Shown: positions 1 to 10,628 of the stretch, one piece after another | How positions within the stretch are numbered: the stretch's first letter is position 1 | How the letters are laid out: each line of letters starts with the position of its first letter | Assembly: GCA_035510735.1 (NCBI GenBank) | Contig: DATKGN010000002.1 | Span: 125,118 to 189,117 of the forward strand | Length of the DNA stretch: 64,000 nt | DNA from: Patescibacteria group bacterium | GTDB taxonomy: Bacteria > Patescibacteriota > Microgenomatia > UBA10105 > UBA927 | Direction: 5' to 3' | Position numbers and translations under genes: made by a program | The notes under the pieces: model-generated | The model's input: the letters and a program-made list of their open reading frames with translations, nothing else | What the model was told of the DNA's origin: nothing | Databases searched by the model: none

Positions 1-389
1 CCCATCCTTACATTTATAAATGACAGATCGAGACGGTTTTAAATTTAAGGGTAGTTGAGTAATCCCAGAAAGGGAGACGAGCCTTCTTAACTCACTGAAA
101 TATTTTTTTTCATATTGAGTTAGCTTCAATATAAAAATACGTTTTTCCCTTTTTAGCCTGCTTTTTTTACCCATTTTAACGAGAATAAAAACTCATTTAT
201 TGTGAATATATTAAAACTGAACTGTTAAATTAGCAATAAATACTGCAAAGTCACTTTTTTTTGAATTTATGACGTTATTATGCCACAAAAGTCCCACTGT
301 TCCTATATGAAATATAATAGCGAGTTAAGTTCGAACTAAAATGCAGATTAGCCCTAATTTATGCCCTAAAGTGGTAAAATGCGGGTACT

Positions 390-1046
390 ATGGTGGAGGT
401 AACACCGAAATCGCTTGAAGACACGCGTAAAGAAAAATTTACTCTCGCGCTAACGCATAGGTATATTTACTACCATTGGGAAAATAGTAAAGGATCGCTT
501 GGCATCCCAACCGAACTTACCGAGCAATTCGCCCTCGTTTGGGGGGACTACACGGGTAATCAAAGTCATAAAGCACGGGAAGCCCACTTCGAATTTTTAA
601 GCAACTACGGATCATTCAATCTCAATATGTGGGTCGTAGACAAGGAACGAAAACAAATCTTCGTGAATGCAGATTTGTATACTCTGGGACTCTCCGGCGA
701 GATCAGAGGAAAAGGAAAAGACGGACTACACGGCATCCATCGAACCCTCCAATCCCTTTCAAATGCCTCAGGATACACGATCTTCCATATAGCAACACCC
801 AATGAGGTATCAGCTCCATTATTTACGGCGGCTGAAGGATATCGGCCGTTTACGACCTCTGACAGAAAACTTTTGGGTAAAGACTTAGACAAATTCAGTA
901 AGTCCAGATGGAACCGGCTCATGCGAACGGCGACATCCTCGCCCTCAAAAATAAAACAGTATGATCCTTCACAAACCGATCTTCACCTACTCCCCCGCGA
1001 ACAACAGGAAATCGATACCATGCTCCCTCTGGTTTTTCTTAAATAG
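390..1046 (+). CDS. hypothetical protein (218 aa)
   Basis: Long ORF with TGGTAAAAT extended -10 box 9 nt upstream of the ATG; no recognisable motif. Confidence 0.7.
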   Translation: MVEVTPKSLEDTRKEKFTLALTHRYIYYHWENSKGSLGIPTELTEQFALVWGDYTGNQSHKAREAHFEFLSNYGSFNLNMWVVDKERKQIFVNADLYTLGLSGEIRGKGKDGLHGIHRTLQSLSNASGYTIFHIATPNEVSAPLFTAAEGYRPFTTSDRKLLGKDLDKFSKSRWNRLMRTATSSPSKIKQYDPSQTDLHLLPREQQEIDTMLPLVFLK

Positions 1047-1051
1047 AGTAC

Positions 1052-1618
1052 TTATGAAAGTAATTCAGGCTGAACAGGAGCCTGTCCGTAACTATTTGAG
1101 GCAAATTTTTCGACCAATGGAGATGGTGCAGGAAATCTGTAGCCTATTCCCGATTCGTGGAGGTTAAGTTCAAAATACACTGCTCGCTCCATGAGGTCTC
1201 TTGCTTTCACTCCTCCGATTTGAATGGGTAACGTAGCGATCTCTTCACCCGACAAATGCTGAAGGCCGTCATACTTTCGAAGGAGGTCTCTCACGGTGTA
1301 CGGATCGTGAGCATCCAAAGGTACCCAGACACGCAACCAGTCTTCTTCCGGTGTTCTCGTTAAAAGTAACGTTTCACTATTCTTCTTTTGAAAACTGATG
1401 ATACCATCACTACTGAATATCTCGTGTACGGAAAGATTTTTTCTATCTAACTCATCCAGCTGTAAAACGGTGCGGATTTTTCCGGATTTGTCTTTATAAT
1501 AAATATCCAATCCCTCACGATCAAAAGTATTATTAGGAAGAGCTTCCAGTCGCTTTTCAACCTCACCTTGCCATACCCAACCAAGCACTCGGAGAAACCC
1601 TCCATCTTCATACTTCAT
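1052..1618 (-). CDS. hypothetical protein (188 aa)
   Basis: ORF with TATACT 9 nt upstream of the ATG; no recognised family. Confidence 0.7.
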   Translation of the reverse strand: MKYEDGGFLRVLGWVWQGEVEKRLEALPNNTFDREGLDIYYKDKSGKIRTVLQLDELDRKNLSVHEIFSSDGIISFQKKNSETLLLTRTPEEDWLRVWVPLDAHDPYTVRDLLRKYDGLQHLSGEEIATLPIQIGGVKARDLMERAVYFELNLHESGIGYRFPAPSPLVEKFASNSYGQAPVQPELLS

Positions 1619-1667
1619 AATGAGCGGAGTATAACAAAAACGTGTGATTTTGCAACGAGACCCTCCA

Positions 1668-3809
1668 CTACTGCCACGAGGTCACTTTGTATAAACGAAA
1701 ACCCTGCAATGAATCCTCAGCTATGAGCTGAGCGCCTTTTGACGCTTTTTCCCACAATATGTGGTAGACATAATAAAACCGGGTATCGTAGGCGTTAAAC
1801 TCACTCTGGTTTATAAAAAAACAAAACGGCAGTTTGGGTTTCAGGGTGTCAATCTGTTCCGTCGATACGATATACCCCCGAACATATGCATATTGCGTCG
1901 CGGGCGCCACACCCAAAGCCGCGAGTAAATCAAACTCGTACGCATCAACACTCAATAGCGGACAACCGGACGGCAAGTGTTTTACTAAAAACTGATATTC
2001 GGGCAGGTCTTTTGTATTCCAATGATTTATCGAAGATTGTATAAATGCCGAAGACTCTTTTCCGATAGACGCGGCCGCAACTCCATACGGAATCATCATA
2101 AGCGTGCCGCGAAGCGCGCCCAGAACAATGATAAATAAACACAAAAACGTTCCGACCACGAGTACATAATCTTTTTTGACCGATGAACGGTTTTTCCAGG
2201 CTAAATCAACAAGTAATCCGGCCACAATAATAAACGGCATACTCACGCCATAGAGCGTGTGCGGCATGCTCCTCCCCATGTAATACGGAAATGATGTCAA
2301 CTGAATGACGGCGATATAGACGCACGCAATACCCAGTACATCCCGTTTCTTGAGAACGGCATACATACCGGCGATAACGCCCACCAGACTCACGAATAGT
2401 GGGAATATATAGGCGATATCGCCTCCAATGGGGACAAGGTAAACACCGCCTCCGAAAAAGCGTGCAAAATACGTGTACATACCGATATCCGGCAACCGAC
2501 CGGATTTAAAAAGCGTATAGGCGGATACTGCAGCGAAACTGCAAAGCACTGTCCCTCCGATTGGCACGATTACCGATCGCACGAAAAATGCTGGCTGTTT
2601 TTTTGCTACCGCACGAAGCAGCAATAGTGCCAACGCAGCAACGAAAAGCCCCGCGCCGATCTCCACCGAAAAAAATAACCCAAGCGTACTTGCGATAAGG
2701 AACAACGTAAAATAGAGTTCTTTTTTTGACTGGATAAACAACATCAACAACCCGAGAGGGATTAAACAAGCGCCGAAACGAAGGGGTGTAAATGCCGGGT
2801 GGCCTACGAGCGCAATTTTATATCCCGGAAACCCCCAGTACCGTATGAGGATCGTATAAAAAAATACGGCAATGGTCGTACTGAGTGCGAGAAGCCGGCT
2901 CGCGAATAATTTATAAAGGATGACAGTCAAGAGTCCGAAATAGACCACAAGAAATATCATGGTCGCGACAAGGCTCATCTCATACGAAACCGGAAGCTTG
3001 GGAAAAGCGAGAATCCACAAAATCCAGGGGATGAGATACCCATAGCCATATTGACTGTACACATCGATAAACGGAATACCTCCGTGCGCTATGTGGTAGG
3101 CCGATCCGAAGGTGATAAACATATCCCATGCGTCTTCGTACAGAAGCATAAACCGGAGAAGCGCCAGGGATATGAGTGATAGTACAACGACCAGCGGCAC
3201 CCACCTGGGTATTCGACTCACCCACCTCACTACATTCCTGTGTTGCCGTGTCAACCCGTAAAGAATTATGCCGATTGCGCATACGGCGATAAGATAAAAG
3301 TATTGTGTGTATATCGCAGGATCTGCACCGATATCAAAAAAGATCCCACTGGGTAAAAGATATTTCAACAGGGTGCCGCCCATAATAATACCAATAAATG
3401 ATTGCGGTATATCGCGTTTTAAAACATACGATCGCACGGCCCAAATACCTACAACCAAAAATCCCAACGGCACGATATTGAAAACAACATGCGTCATATT
3501 GATTGACGGGTAACAAAGAGCATATAACGTACAGGCGACCGCGGATATACGGGCTAGCGAGATAAACTTTTTATGCTGACGGAATCGGATGAATAACACA
3601 GAGAGGAGCGCCGAGCTCAAAAAAAATAGACCCACAAATGCGATGTAAACAATGTTATCGATTTCATGAGTAAAAATATCCAGAGGATTGAGCAAATGAA
3701 TGGATCCGACCGGGATGCGCCAGAAAAACGGAAATAATGCCCGAATGACCCATGAGGCAATAACTCCCGAAAAAATAGCTGCATAATACATCCACTCAAC
3801 AGGAAACAT
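1668..3809 (-). CDS. polytopic membrane protein, possibly GT-C-type glycosyltransferase-like
   Basis: 713 aa with many hydrophobic segments; GGIPFIDVYSQYG loop resembles GT-C-like membrane proteins. Confidence 0.6.
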   Translation of the reverse strand: MFPVEWMYYAAIFSGVIASWVIRALFPFFWRIPVGSIHLLNPLDIFTHEIDNIVYIAFVGLFFLSSALLSVLFIRFRQHKKFISLARISAVACTLYALCYPSINMTHVVFNIVPLGFLVVGIWAVRSYVLKRDIPQSFIGIIMGGTLLKYLLPSGIFFDIGADPAIYTQYFYLIAVCAIGIILYGLTRQHRNVVRWVSRIPRWVPLVVVLSLISLALLRFMLLYEDAWDMFITFGSAYHIAHGGIPFIDVYSQYGYGYLIPWILWILAFPKLPVSYEMSLVATMIFLVVYFGLLTVILYKLFASRLLALSTTIAVFFYTILIRYWGFPGYKIALVGHPAFTPLRFGACLIPLGLLMLFIQSKKELYFTLFLIASTLGLFFSVEIGAGLFVAALALLLLRAVAKKQPAFFVRSVIVPIGGTVLCSFAAVSAYTLFKSGRLPDIGMYTYFARFFGGGVYLVPIGGDIAYIFPLFVSLVGVIAGMYAVLKKRDVLGIACVYIAVIQLTSFPYYMGRSMPHTLYGVSMPFIIVAGLLVDLAWKNRSSVKKDYVLVVGTFLCLFIIVLGALRGTLMMIPYGVAAASIGKESSAFIQSSINHWNTKDLPEYQFLVKHLPSGCPLLSVDAYEFDLLAALGVAPATQYAYVRGYIVSTEQIDTLKPKLPFCFFINQSEFNAYDTRFYYVYHILWEKASKGAQLIAEDSLQGFRLYKVTSWQ

Positions 3810-3906
3810 AGATTAGAGTATACCGTATCATCCATTCGTGTAAACAGTTGTAAGATTTCTTACAATTGTCCTTGACAGGAAGCTGTACATTTGTTTATAT
3901 GTCTCT

Positions 3907-4128
3907 ATGATAACGGCGCTTGTTATTCTTTATCTATTCCTTTTTCTCTCGCCCGCTCTCTCACAGGCGCACGCGTATCTGGACCCCGGCAACGGCAGTT
4001 ATATGATCCAATTACTTTTCGGCGGAGCCCTTGGCCTTATTGTCAGCGTTAAATTATTCTGGAAACAAATACACCATTTTTTTTCCCGACTCTTTCATAA
4101 AAAAACAGATGACAAAAACGAGGGTTAA
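3907..4128 (+). CDS. small membrane protein with YLDPGxGS motif
   Basis: Signal-like N-terminus, AHA-YLDPGNGS, one TM helix and a basic tail; overlaps the start of the next gene. Confidence 0.75.
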   Translation: MITALVILYLFLFLSPALSQAHAYLDPGNGSYMIQLLFGGALGLIVSVKLFWKQIHHFFSRLFHKKTDDKNEG

Positions 4129-5503
4129 CGTGCCAACAACCCGGCTTGGCAGCTCATTCCGCGACCCGAGCGGTCATGTCATTGCCGATAAGGGAATCCT
4201 GAAGCGGACCATTTCCGCGTCTTATATACCAATATACCGGAAGGCCGAAGGATCAGGATTATATGACCGGCTGATGAAGGATGCGTTATTAATCCCCCAC
4301 CGGGAACTCCCGCGCAATAATAGAAAAAATAATCTTGTCATTCAACCTGACGTCATCCCATTCATCTCTTATCCATATGAGTGGTGTTTTGGTGAGCTTC
4401 ATGACGCAGCGCTCACGACGCTCAACATCCAAAAGACCGCCCTCGCATACGGTTTTTCCCTTAAAGACGCGAGTGCGTATAATATCCAGTTCTATAACGG
4501 AAAACCGATTCTTATTGACACGCTGTCGTTTGAGCCGTATGTAGCGGGCTCGCCATGGATTGCATACCGCCAGTTCTGTATGCATTTTCTTATGCCTTTA
4601 CTTCTTATGAGCCGAAAATCCGCAGATTTCAACAAATTATTCATCACGCACCTTGACGGTATACCGCTATCGCTTGGCAGCTCACTATTGCCCAAAACGA
4701 CACTATTGAACCCGTCGCTTCTTGCACACATCCATCTGCACGCCATGATGGAACAAAAACTCGCGGGGAACACAGCACGACACGGCAACAATACACTGTC
4801 CAAAGATGCGTTTGTAACACTTCTTAACAATCTCGAGTCAACCATCAGGCATTTGAAATTACGGGATTCACAAAGCCAGTGGAGCTCATATGAAGAAACG
4901 CATTCATATGGCGTGGGCGGCATGAGGGAGAAAAAGAAAATTGTAACGACACTGCTGCGGAAAATTCATGCGGAATCTGCGCTCGACATCGGTGCAAATA
5001 CCGGTGCATTTACCGCACTTTGTATAGCGGGCGGGATAAATACAATCGCCGTTGATAATGACCACGGGTGCATTGAAAAACTGTATGCCGCAAACAAACG
5101 CAATAACGTAACCAATTGCCTCCCCCTTTGCATCGATATCACGAATCCGAGTCCTTCAATCGGATGGGAGAATAACGAACGGTCATCATTTCTGGATAGG
5201 ACAGACGTTGATCTCGTCCTGGCGCTCGCGCTTATTCATCATATCGCGATTGGCAATAATGTGCCGTTTGATTATATCGCCCGTCTCATGAGCCGACTCG
5301 GCCGCTATCTCATCATAGAATTCGTACCGAAAACCGATATCATGGTCCGACAGATGCTCGCCAATCGCGTTGATGTTTTCACGAACTACACAAAAAAACT
5401 GTTTGAACGGGAATTTAGCGTATATTTCCGAGTGCTGGGTACTTTTCCGGTCTTGAACACCGGGAGAGTCATCTATCTCATGGAGCGAAAACGAGGCGTA
5501 TGA
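4109..5503 (+). CDS. NoeA-like protein: kinase-like N-terminal domain plus class I SAM-dependent methyltransferase
   Basis: SFRDPSG, SYPYEW, LKDASAYNIQF and IDTLSF motifs, then LDIGANTG SAM-binding motif and ALALIHH; start moved to ATG 4109. Confidence 0.8.
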   Translation: MTKTRVNVPTTRLGSSFRDPSGHVIADKGILKRTISASYIPIYRKAEGSGLYDRLMKDALLIPHRELPRNNRKNNLVIQPDVIPFISYPYEWCFGELHDAALTTLNIQKTALAYGFSLKDASAYNIQFYNGKPILIDTLSFEPYVAGSPWIAYRQFCMHFLMPLLLMSRKSADFNKLFITHLDGIPLSLGSSLLPKTTLLNPSLLAHIHLHAMMEQKLAGNTARHGNNTLSKDAFVTLLNNLESTIRHLKLRDSQSQWSSYEETHSYGVGGMREKKKIVTTLLRKIHAESALDIGANTGAFTALCIAGGINTIAVDNDHGCIEKLYAANKRNNVTNCLPLCIDITNPSPSIGWENNERSSFLDRTDVDLVLALALIHHIAIGNNVPFDYIARLMSRLGRYLIIEFVPKTDIMVRQMLANRVDVFTNYTKKLFEREFSVYFRVLGTFPVLNTGRVIYLMERKRGV

Positions 5504-7068
5504 AAAAACTATTTCAATCACCCATTCATATATTCCTTCTCCCTTTGTTCCCAATACTTTCCCTTATCGCACACAACTACAGTGAGTTATTCCCTTCTCA
5601 GATATTTTTTGCCATCGGCTATGTTCTTGTGCCGGTCATATTCCTGTGGATTCTTCTTGATCTTATATTCCTCAAGGACGTAAGGAAGTCAGCGATAGCC
5701 GTCTCCATCGCCTTCTTCATTTTTAAACCGTTTGCCTCAATCGATTTTTTGTCGGAAAATATAGAGCTCAGGCAGTTTATTGCGCTTCATAATGACACGG
5801 TATTCTGGATACTCGGTACTATTATTGTTTTGGCGATTATCATAAAATTCTTCAAACGGAAATTTAACAAAATAACCCTGGTGTTAAATATATTCAGTAT
5901 TTCATTTCTCATCCTGCCGGTCGGTTCCATTCTGTACAGCCAGTCAATCCGCACATTTTTTCCGATACGTCTCCTCCACCCGATACAATATACAAATGAG
6001 GGCAAAAACATAACGACGGCACCGGACATCTACTACATCATCTCCGACCGGTACGCCAATGCAGAGACACTCTCAGATTATTACGGCTACGATAACAGCG
6101 CATTTTACAATGCACTGGGCTCGCGGGGCTTTTACGTGGCGACGAACAGCGCGGCAAATTACCCCTTCACAGAGCCGTCATTGGCATCTTCACTCAATCT
6201 GAATTACTTCGATGTGACACATAGTAATAAACAATCAAGCGATGATACGCCAATACTTGATATTATCGAGAACAATGAAGCGGTGAAGTATCTCAAATCA
6301 CGCGGCTACACGTACTATCATTTCGGCGCCGAGTGGGTGACACCGGTTAATAAAAATGCTGACTTCCAGTACAGTTATAAAACCAAAACGCTCTCACAGG
6401 CCCAAATAGAGCTTATTTCGCTAAATGCCGATTCAAACGCTCTCGGTGAATATTTACATAATAATCGATACGCGACATCGACGTTTCTTTTGTCACAGCC
6501 CCAAAATCACGGCAGTTATATGCTCGACCAGCTCCTGGAACTTTCTAAAATCATCGCAAACCCGGGACCGAAGTTCGTATTCGTCCATTTACTATTAACC
6601 CATGATCCGTATGTGTTTACAAAAGACGGATATTATACAAACAGGACGGCCACCAACCTGAGAAGCGGAGCAAATCCCCTATATCTCGGGCAGCTGCAAT
6701 TTGCAAATAAGATCCTGCTTGCGACTATTGACACGATTTTAAAAAGTTCCAAAAAGCCACCGATTATCATCCTCCAATCCGATGAAGGACCGTACCCCAA
6801 AGCGTTTCGCGATAATTTAAACGGTTTCAGCTGGAAGAAGGCTACAATTGCCGAAATGCGCGAAAAAATTCGGATTCTTAATTCTTTTTATCTCCCAGGT
6901 CAGACATCGACTCCACTCTACGACAACATCTCACCGGTGAATAGTTTCCGAATGATCTTTAACCTATATCTCGGAGAACACTTGCCCCTGCTTCCGGATA
7001 AAAGTTATGCGCAAACCTATCTTCAGCGGAATTACGACTTCTTCGAAGTTACGAATATCGTAAAATAA
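5500..7068 (+). CDS. membrane-anchored sulfatase/alkaline phosphatase superfamily protein
   Basis: About 5 N-terminal TMs; PDIYYIISDRY, NYPFTEPSLAS, FVHLLLTHDPY and ILQSDEG metal-site motifs; ATGA overlap with the upstream gene. Confidence 0.8.
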   Translation: MKKLFQSPIHIFLLPLFPILSLIAHNYSELFPSQIFFAIGYVLVPVIFLWILLDLIFLKDVRKSAIAVSIAFFIFKPFASIDFLSENIELRQFIALHNDTVFWILGTIIVLAIIIKFFKRKFNKITLVLNIFSISFLILPVGSILYSQSIRTFFPIRLLHPIQYTNEGKNITTAPDIYYIISDRYANAETLSDYYGYDNSAFYNALGSRGFYVATNSAANYPFTEPSLASSLNLNYFDVTHSNKQSSDDTPILDIIENNEAVKYLKSRGYTYYHFGAEWVTPVNKNADFQYSYKTKTLSQAQIELISLNADSNALGEYLHNNRYATSTFLLSQPQNHGSYMLDQLLELSKIIANPGPKFVFVHLLLTHDPYVFTKDGYYTNRTATNLRSGANPLYLGQLQFANKILLATIDTILKSSKKPPIIILQSDEGPYPKAFRDNLNGFSWKKATIAEMREKIRILNSFYLPGQTSTPLYDNISPVNSFRMIFNLYLGEHLPLLPDKSYAQTYLQRNYDFFEVTNIVK

Positions 7069-7074
7069 TCCCGA

Positions 7075-8547
7075 TTACATCCGTGATAACTGCGCAAATA
7101 CCCCTGGCTGTTTTGCCTTGATAATATCCCGTATTTTCGTAATGGTCTGAAGCATATGAATGACTTCACGGTCGCTGCTTTTTATACCCCAAGGCGCGAG
7201 TATGCGCTGGATATTCTCTGCTTCCTCGCCGATGGTGACTCTCAGGCGGTCAAGAAGATATTGCGGTCTGGTTTCGGGCTCGACGAGTAATCCTAACTCT
7301 TCCCAATAATTCTCCAACGGACCCTGGAGCGCGCTACGGAGAAGATACAGCTCATTTTTATTCTTCGTCAATCCAGTGCGTTCCATCTGCTTGGCCACGT
7401 CAGCACCCCAGACATAGGCAGCCATCAATACCAGCCGTTTTTCCTCGGCAGAAAGATGCCGATCACGAAGCACCTGAACCCCGAAGTCAGCACTCATGCG
7501 TTCTAGTGCCGCCCGTTTCTCATCAGGCGGCATCGGTAATACGGCAACACCGGTCAACGAATCAAAAATCCGTACGAGCTTTTCCTGCGTTGAGCGGATG
7601 ACACGATCGTTTTCACTTTCCAAAATTGTTGGATCGAAATTCCCTCGTTCCCGCGCCCGATAATGCGCGAAGGCGCTTTCGGTTATATAATTTTCTTCGG
7701 AGAGCATTTCACCCGGAAAAGTATTTCTGGTAAACCAATCTAATCTGCCCATAACATCAATCGAATATAACTGCCCTTCCGGACGCCATATCCAAAACTG
7801 AACCAAGTCGGACATCCCGGGAGAAGTATTTGTAAACATCTGAATCTCTAGAACGTGTTGCCGCGACAAATATTGAAGTATACGCATGGTATCCGTCTTA
7901 ATAGACACCCTATCGCCATGCTCGCCATCGCGCATATCAGGCAAATGCATGAGATGTTCCTGTTTTGAAAACCAAAACATCATAGGTATAACATCTCGAA
8001 ATAACCGTCGAGCAACGACCTCATTGTCACCCAAGGTCTTACCCAGTGCTTCATAGGCCCCCTGCACAATACGTTTAATCTGGGCATAGTGCTCTACAAA
8101 ATAGTTGGGATTATTACGGCTTTCGGAATACGCTTCTTCAACGCGCGTCCAGATTACCTCTTCCTGTGGGCGCACGAATTGATAGATTGCATCAATATCC
8201 GGATACGGCAACCGCTTAATAATGCCGTTGGCATAAAATCCCCCTCCGGCACCGCCCGCATCTCCTATTTTCTCAATAAACTCATGCACCTTTTGACTTC
8301 GACTTCCTTCACCGCCCAAAAGTAATTCGATCAGCTGATCGGTTTTATAACGGGCAACCTCTACATCCGTCGCCGCCAGTCTACCTAAGAGATCCATGTC
8401 TTCAAATCGATACTCCTCAACCAATCGGGCGACATTTCGCGTGGCGATAAGATAGTTTGTTATATCGGCAGATCCCAAATCTTCCCGGGGAAAGGAGAGA
8501 AGCATATTGAGTCCTTCTTTATCCCGTATCGGCGTATAGCCGAGCAT
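7075..8547 (-). CDS. hypothetical protein (490 aa)
   Basis: Long soluble ORF with no recognised motif. Confidence 0.7.
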   Translation of the reverse strand: MLGYTPIRDKEGLNMLLSFPREDLGSADITNYLIATRNVARLVEEYRFEDMDLLGRLAATDVEVARYKTDQLIELLLGGEGSRSQKVHEFIEKIGDAGGAGGGFYANGIIKRLPYPDIDAIYQFVRPQEEVIWTRVEEAYSESRNNPNYFVEHYAQIKRIVQGAYEALGKTLGDNEVVARRLFRDVIPMMFWFSKQEHLMHLPDMRDGEHGDRVSIKTDTMRILQYLSRQHVLEIQMFTNTSPGMSDLVQFWIWRPEGQLYSIDVMGRLDWFTRNTFPGEMLSEENYITESAFAHYRARERGNFDPTILESENDRVIRSTQEKLVRIFDSLTGVAVLPMPPDEKRAALERMSADFGVQVLRDRHLSAEEKRLVLMAAYVWGADVAKQMERTGLTKNKNELYLLRSALQGPLENYWEELGLLVEPETRPQYLLDRLRVTIGEEAENIQRILAPWGIKSSDREVIHMLQTITKIRDIIKAKQPGVFAQLSRM

Positions 8548-8562
8548 AAATAAAAAAACTTT

Positions 8563-9051
8563 TCAGTAGTTTGATGCGGTCATCGAAGGTTCTTTACGGT
8601 CGGTAAGCACATCCTTGAACCTTTGCGTAGCCATCGTAAGCGTTGCGAGTCTATTAGCTACCAAATAGGTGAACTTTCTCCGATCCAACTCCGCATTTTG
8701 AAATGATTTGTGGTCACGCTCTTTATTGGCAAACGCTCGTTGATACTCCTGCCAAAACTGATCGCTCACCAAGCCCTTGCCGCAGCCTGCAAGTCGTCCA
8801 GCCTGTGTTATCGTGTCGTTATTTATGCTTTCGTGTTTAATCCCTTGAGTCCTAACGACTGACACGAGTGTATCGTAAGCATCAAAAATATGAAGCCATG
8901 CACCATCATCCGAGGTCATTCCGAACGCCGCAAACTCAAGGGATTTTCGGGCTTTCGATGCGGGATCGACGAACGATTCCAAACGAGCGGCCAGCGCCGC
9001 CGTGATTTGCTCCCTGGATCGCGGTTTTTCCTGTTCTGCATCGTTTCCCAT
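8563..9051 (-). CDS. hypothetical protein (162 aa)
   Basis: ORF co-oriented with and 15 nt upstream of the 490-aa ORF. Confidence 0.65.
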   Translation of the reverse strand: MGNDAEQEKPRSREQITAALAARLESFVDPASKARKSLEFAAFGMTSDDGAWLHIFDAYDTLVSVVRTQGIKHESINNDTITQAGRLAGCGKGLVSDQFWQEYQRAFANKERDHKSFQNAELDRRKFTYLVANRLATLTMATQRFKDVLTDRKEPSMTASNY

Positions 9052-9187
9052 AGCTATATATCCTTCCGACCTACATAATCCACCCTATAATTGTATCATG
9101 TACCGCCTCCAATCGAACAATATAATTCTTTTCAGCGTCCTTTCAGCGAACCCGATTAGATTATTCGGTGGAAAGAAGGTGAATACT

Positions 9188-9445
9188 ATGTATATGTACT
9201 ATGGCTCGCGCTTCGCAGGACCCGGTCCAGGTTTCGGACTTTTCTGGCCTATCGCATTTGTATTATTTATCATTCTTATAGTATGGATAATAAGTACTCA
9301 TATGGGCACAAATTCCCATAATGATGATGTTAACGATAGTGAATTACCGGAACAGGAGTCAGCTCTTGAGATTCTCAAAAAACGCTATGCACGGGGCGAA
9401 ATCACGAAGCGCCAATATCTTGAAATGAAAAAAGATATCAGCTGA
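9188..9445 (+). CDS. SHOCT domain membrane protein
   Basis: TM helix then ALEILKKRYARGEITKRQYLEMKKDI; start moved to ATG 9188. Confidence 0.85.
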   Translation: MYMYYGSRFAGPGPGFGLFWPIAFVLFIILIVWIISTHMGTNSHNDDVNDSELPEQESALEILKKRYARGEITKRQYLEMKKDIS

Positions 9446-9502
9446 TAATTGATTGAACTTTGTGATCTTTTAGCGTAAAATAAGTAAATCTTTTGGTAAT
9501 CT

Positions 9503-10582
9503 ATGACACAAAGCTCAATTCGTATCGCTATTGTTGGTGTCGGAAACTGCGCCTCGTCGCTCGTTCAGGGATTAACCTACTATAAAAATGTAAAAGGCGA
9601 TGCTCCTGTTGTTGGTCTCATGCACAACAGTATAGGCGGCTACAGTATAAAAAACATTGAAGTTGTCGCTGCATTTGACGTCAATAAAACCAAAGTTGGA
9701 AAAGACGTCGCTGAAGCCATATTCGCCCATCCGAACAATACGAAAAAATTCTCGGACGTTGCTAAGACCGGCGTCATTGTGCAAAACGGGCAGGTATTAG
9801 ACGGCATCGGAGAGTTTGTGAAAGATGTTGTCATCCCAAGCGATGCTCAGATGCCTGATCCCGTTGAGATTTTGAAAAAATCAGGTGCACAGATTCTGGT
9901 CAGCTACCTCCCAGTCGGCAGCCAGAAAGCAACGGAATATTGGGCCAATGTATGTCTCAAGGCAAAAGTTGGTTTGATCAATTGCATACCTGTGTTTATC
10001 GCGTCCAATCCCGAGTGGGCGAAAAGGTTTACGGACGCGGGCGTGCCGATTATCGGCGATGACATTAAGTCCCAGGTAGGCGCAACGATTCTCCACCGGA
10101 CGCTCGTCAATCTCTTTCTTGACCGCGGGATGCCGATTGACCACACGTATCAACTCAACGTGGGCGGCAATACGGACTTCCAAAACATGCTTGAACACGC
10201 ACGTCTGACGAGTAAGAAATTATCGAAAACCCGTTCAGTCACGTCGCAGTTTAAATTGCGGGATAAAACGATTGCTGACGAAGATGTCCATATAGGCCCG
10301 AGCGACTATGTTCCGTGGCTTCACGATAATAAACTCGCGTTCATCAGAATTGAAAGCCGCCACTTCGGCGATATACCGATGAATGTGGAGGTCCGTCTCT
10401 CGGTTGAGGATTCGCCCAATTCCGCGGGCGTCGTTATCGATGCGATCCGCTGTTGTAAGGTCGCTCTTGACCGTAAAGTCGCGGGTCCGCTTGAAGGCCC
10501 AAGCGCATATTTTATGAAATCCCCTCCCCGCCAGATGAACGACCATGAAGCTAAAGCTTCAGTTGAAACGTTTATAAAATAA
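9503..10582 (+). CDS. ino1: myo-inositol-1-phosphate synthase
   Basis: IAIVGVGNCASSLVQG, GDDIKSQVGAT, QLNVGGNTDF and EDSPNSAG motifs. Confidence 0.95.
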   Translation: MTQSSIRIAIVGVGNCASSLVQGLTYYKNVKGDAPVVGLMHNSIGGYSIKNIEVVAAFDVNKTKVGKDVAEAIFAHPNNTKKFSDVAKTGVIVQNGQVLDGIGEFVKDVVIPSDAQMPDPVEILKKSGAQILVSYLPVGSQKATEYWANVCLKAKVGLINCIPVFIASNPEWAKRFTDAGVPIIGDDIKSQVGATILHRTLVNLFLDRGMPIDHTYQLNVGGNTDFQNMLEHARLTSKKLSKTRSVTSQFKLRDKTIADEDVHIGPSDYVPWLHDNKLAFIRIESRHFGDIPMNVEVRLSVEDSPNSAGVVIDAIRCCKVALDRKVAGPLEGPSAYFMKSPPRQMNDHEAKASVETFIK

Positions 10583-10628
10583 ACTTTCCTTCTGGGTAAT
10601 CCCATCAGCGAAACTATATAAGAATGTA

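Noticed and set aside
1-360. AT-rich non-coding stretch as a possible replication origin
   Set aside because: No DnaA-box cluster or iterons seen, and the left-hand context is outside the window
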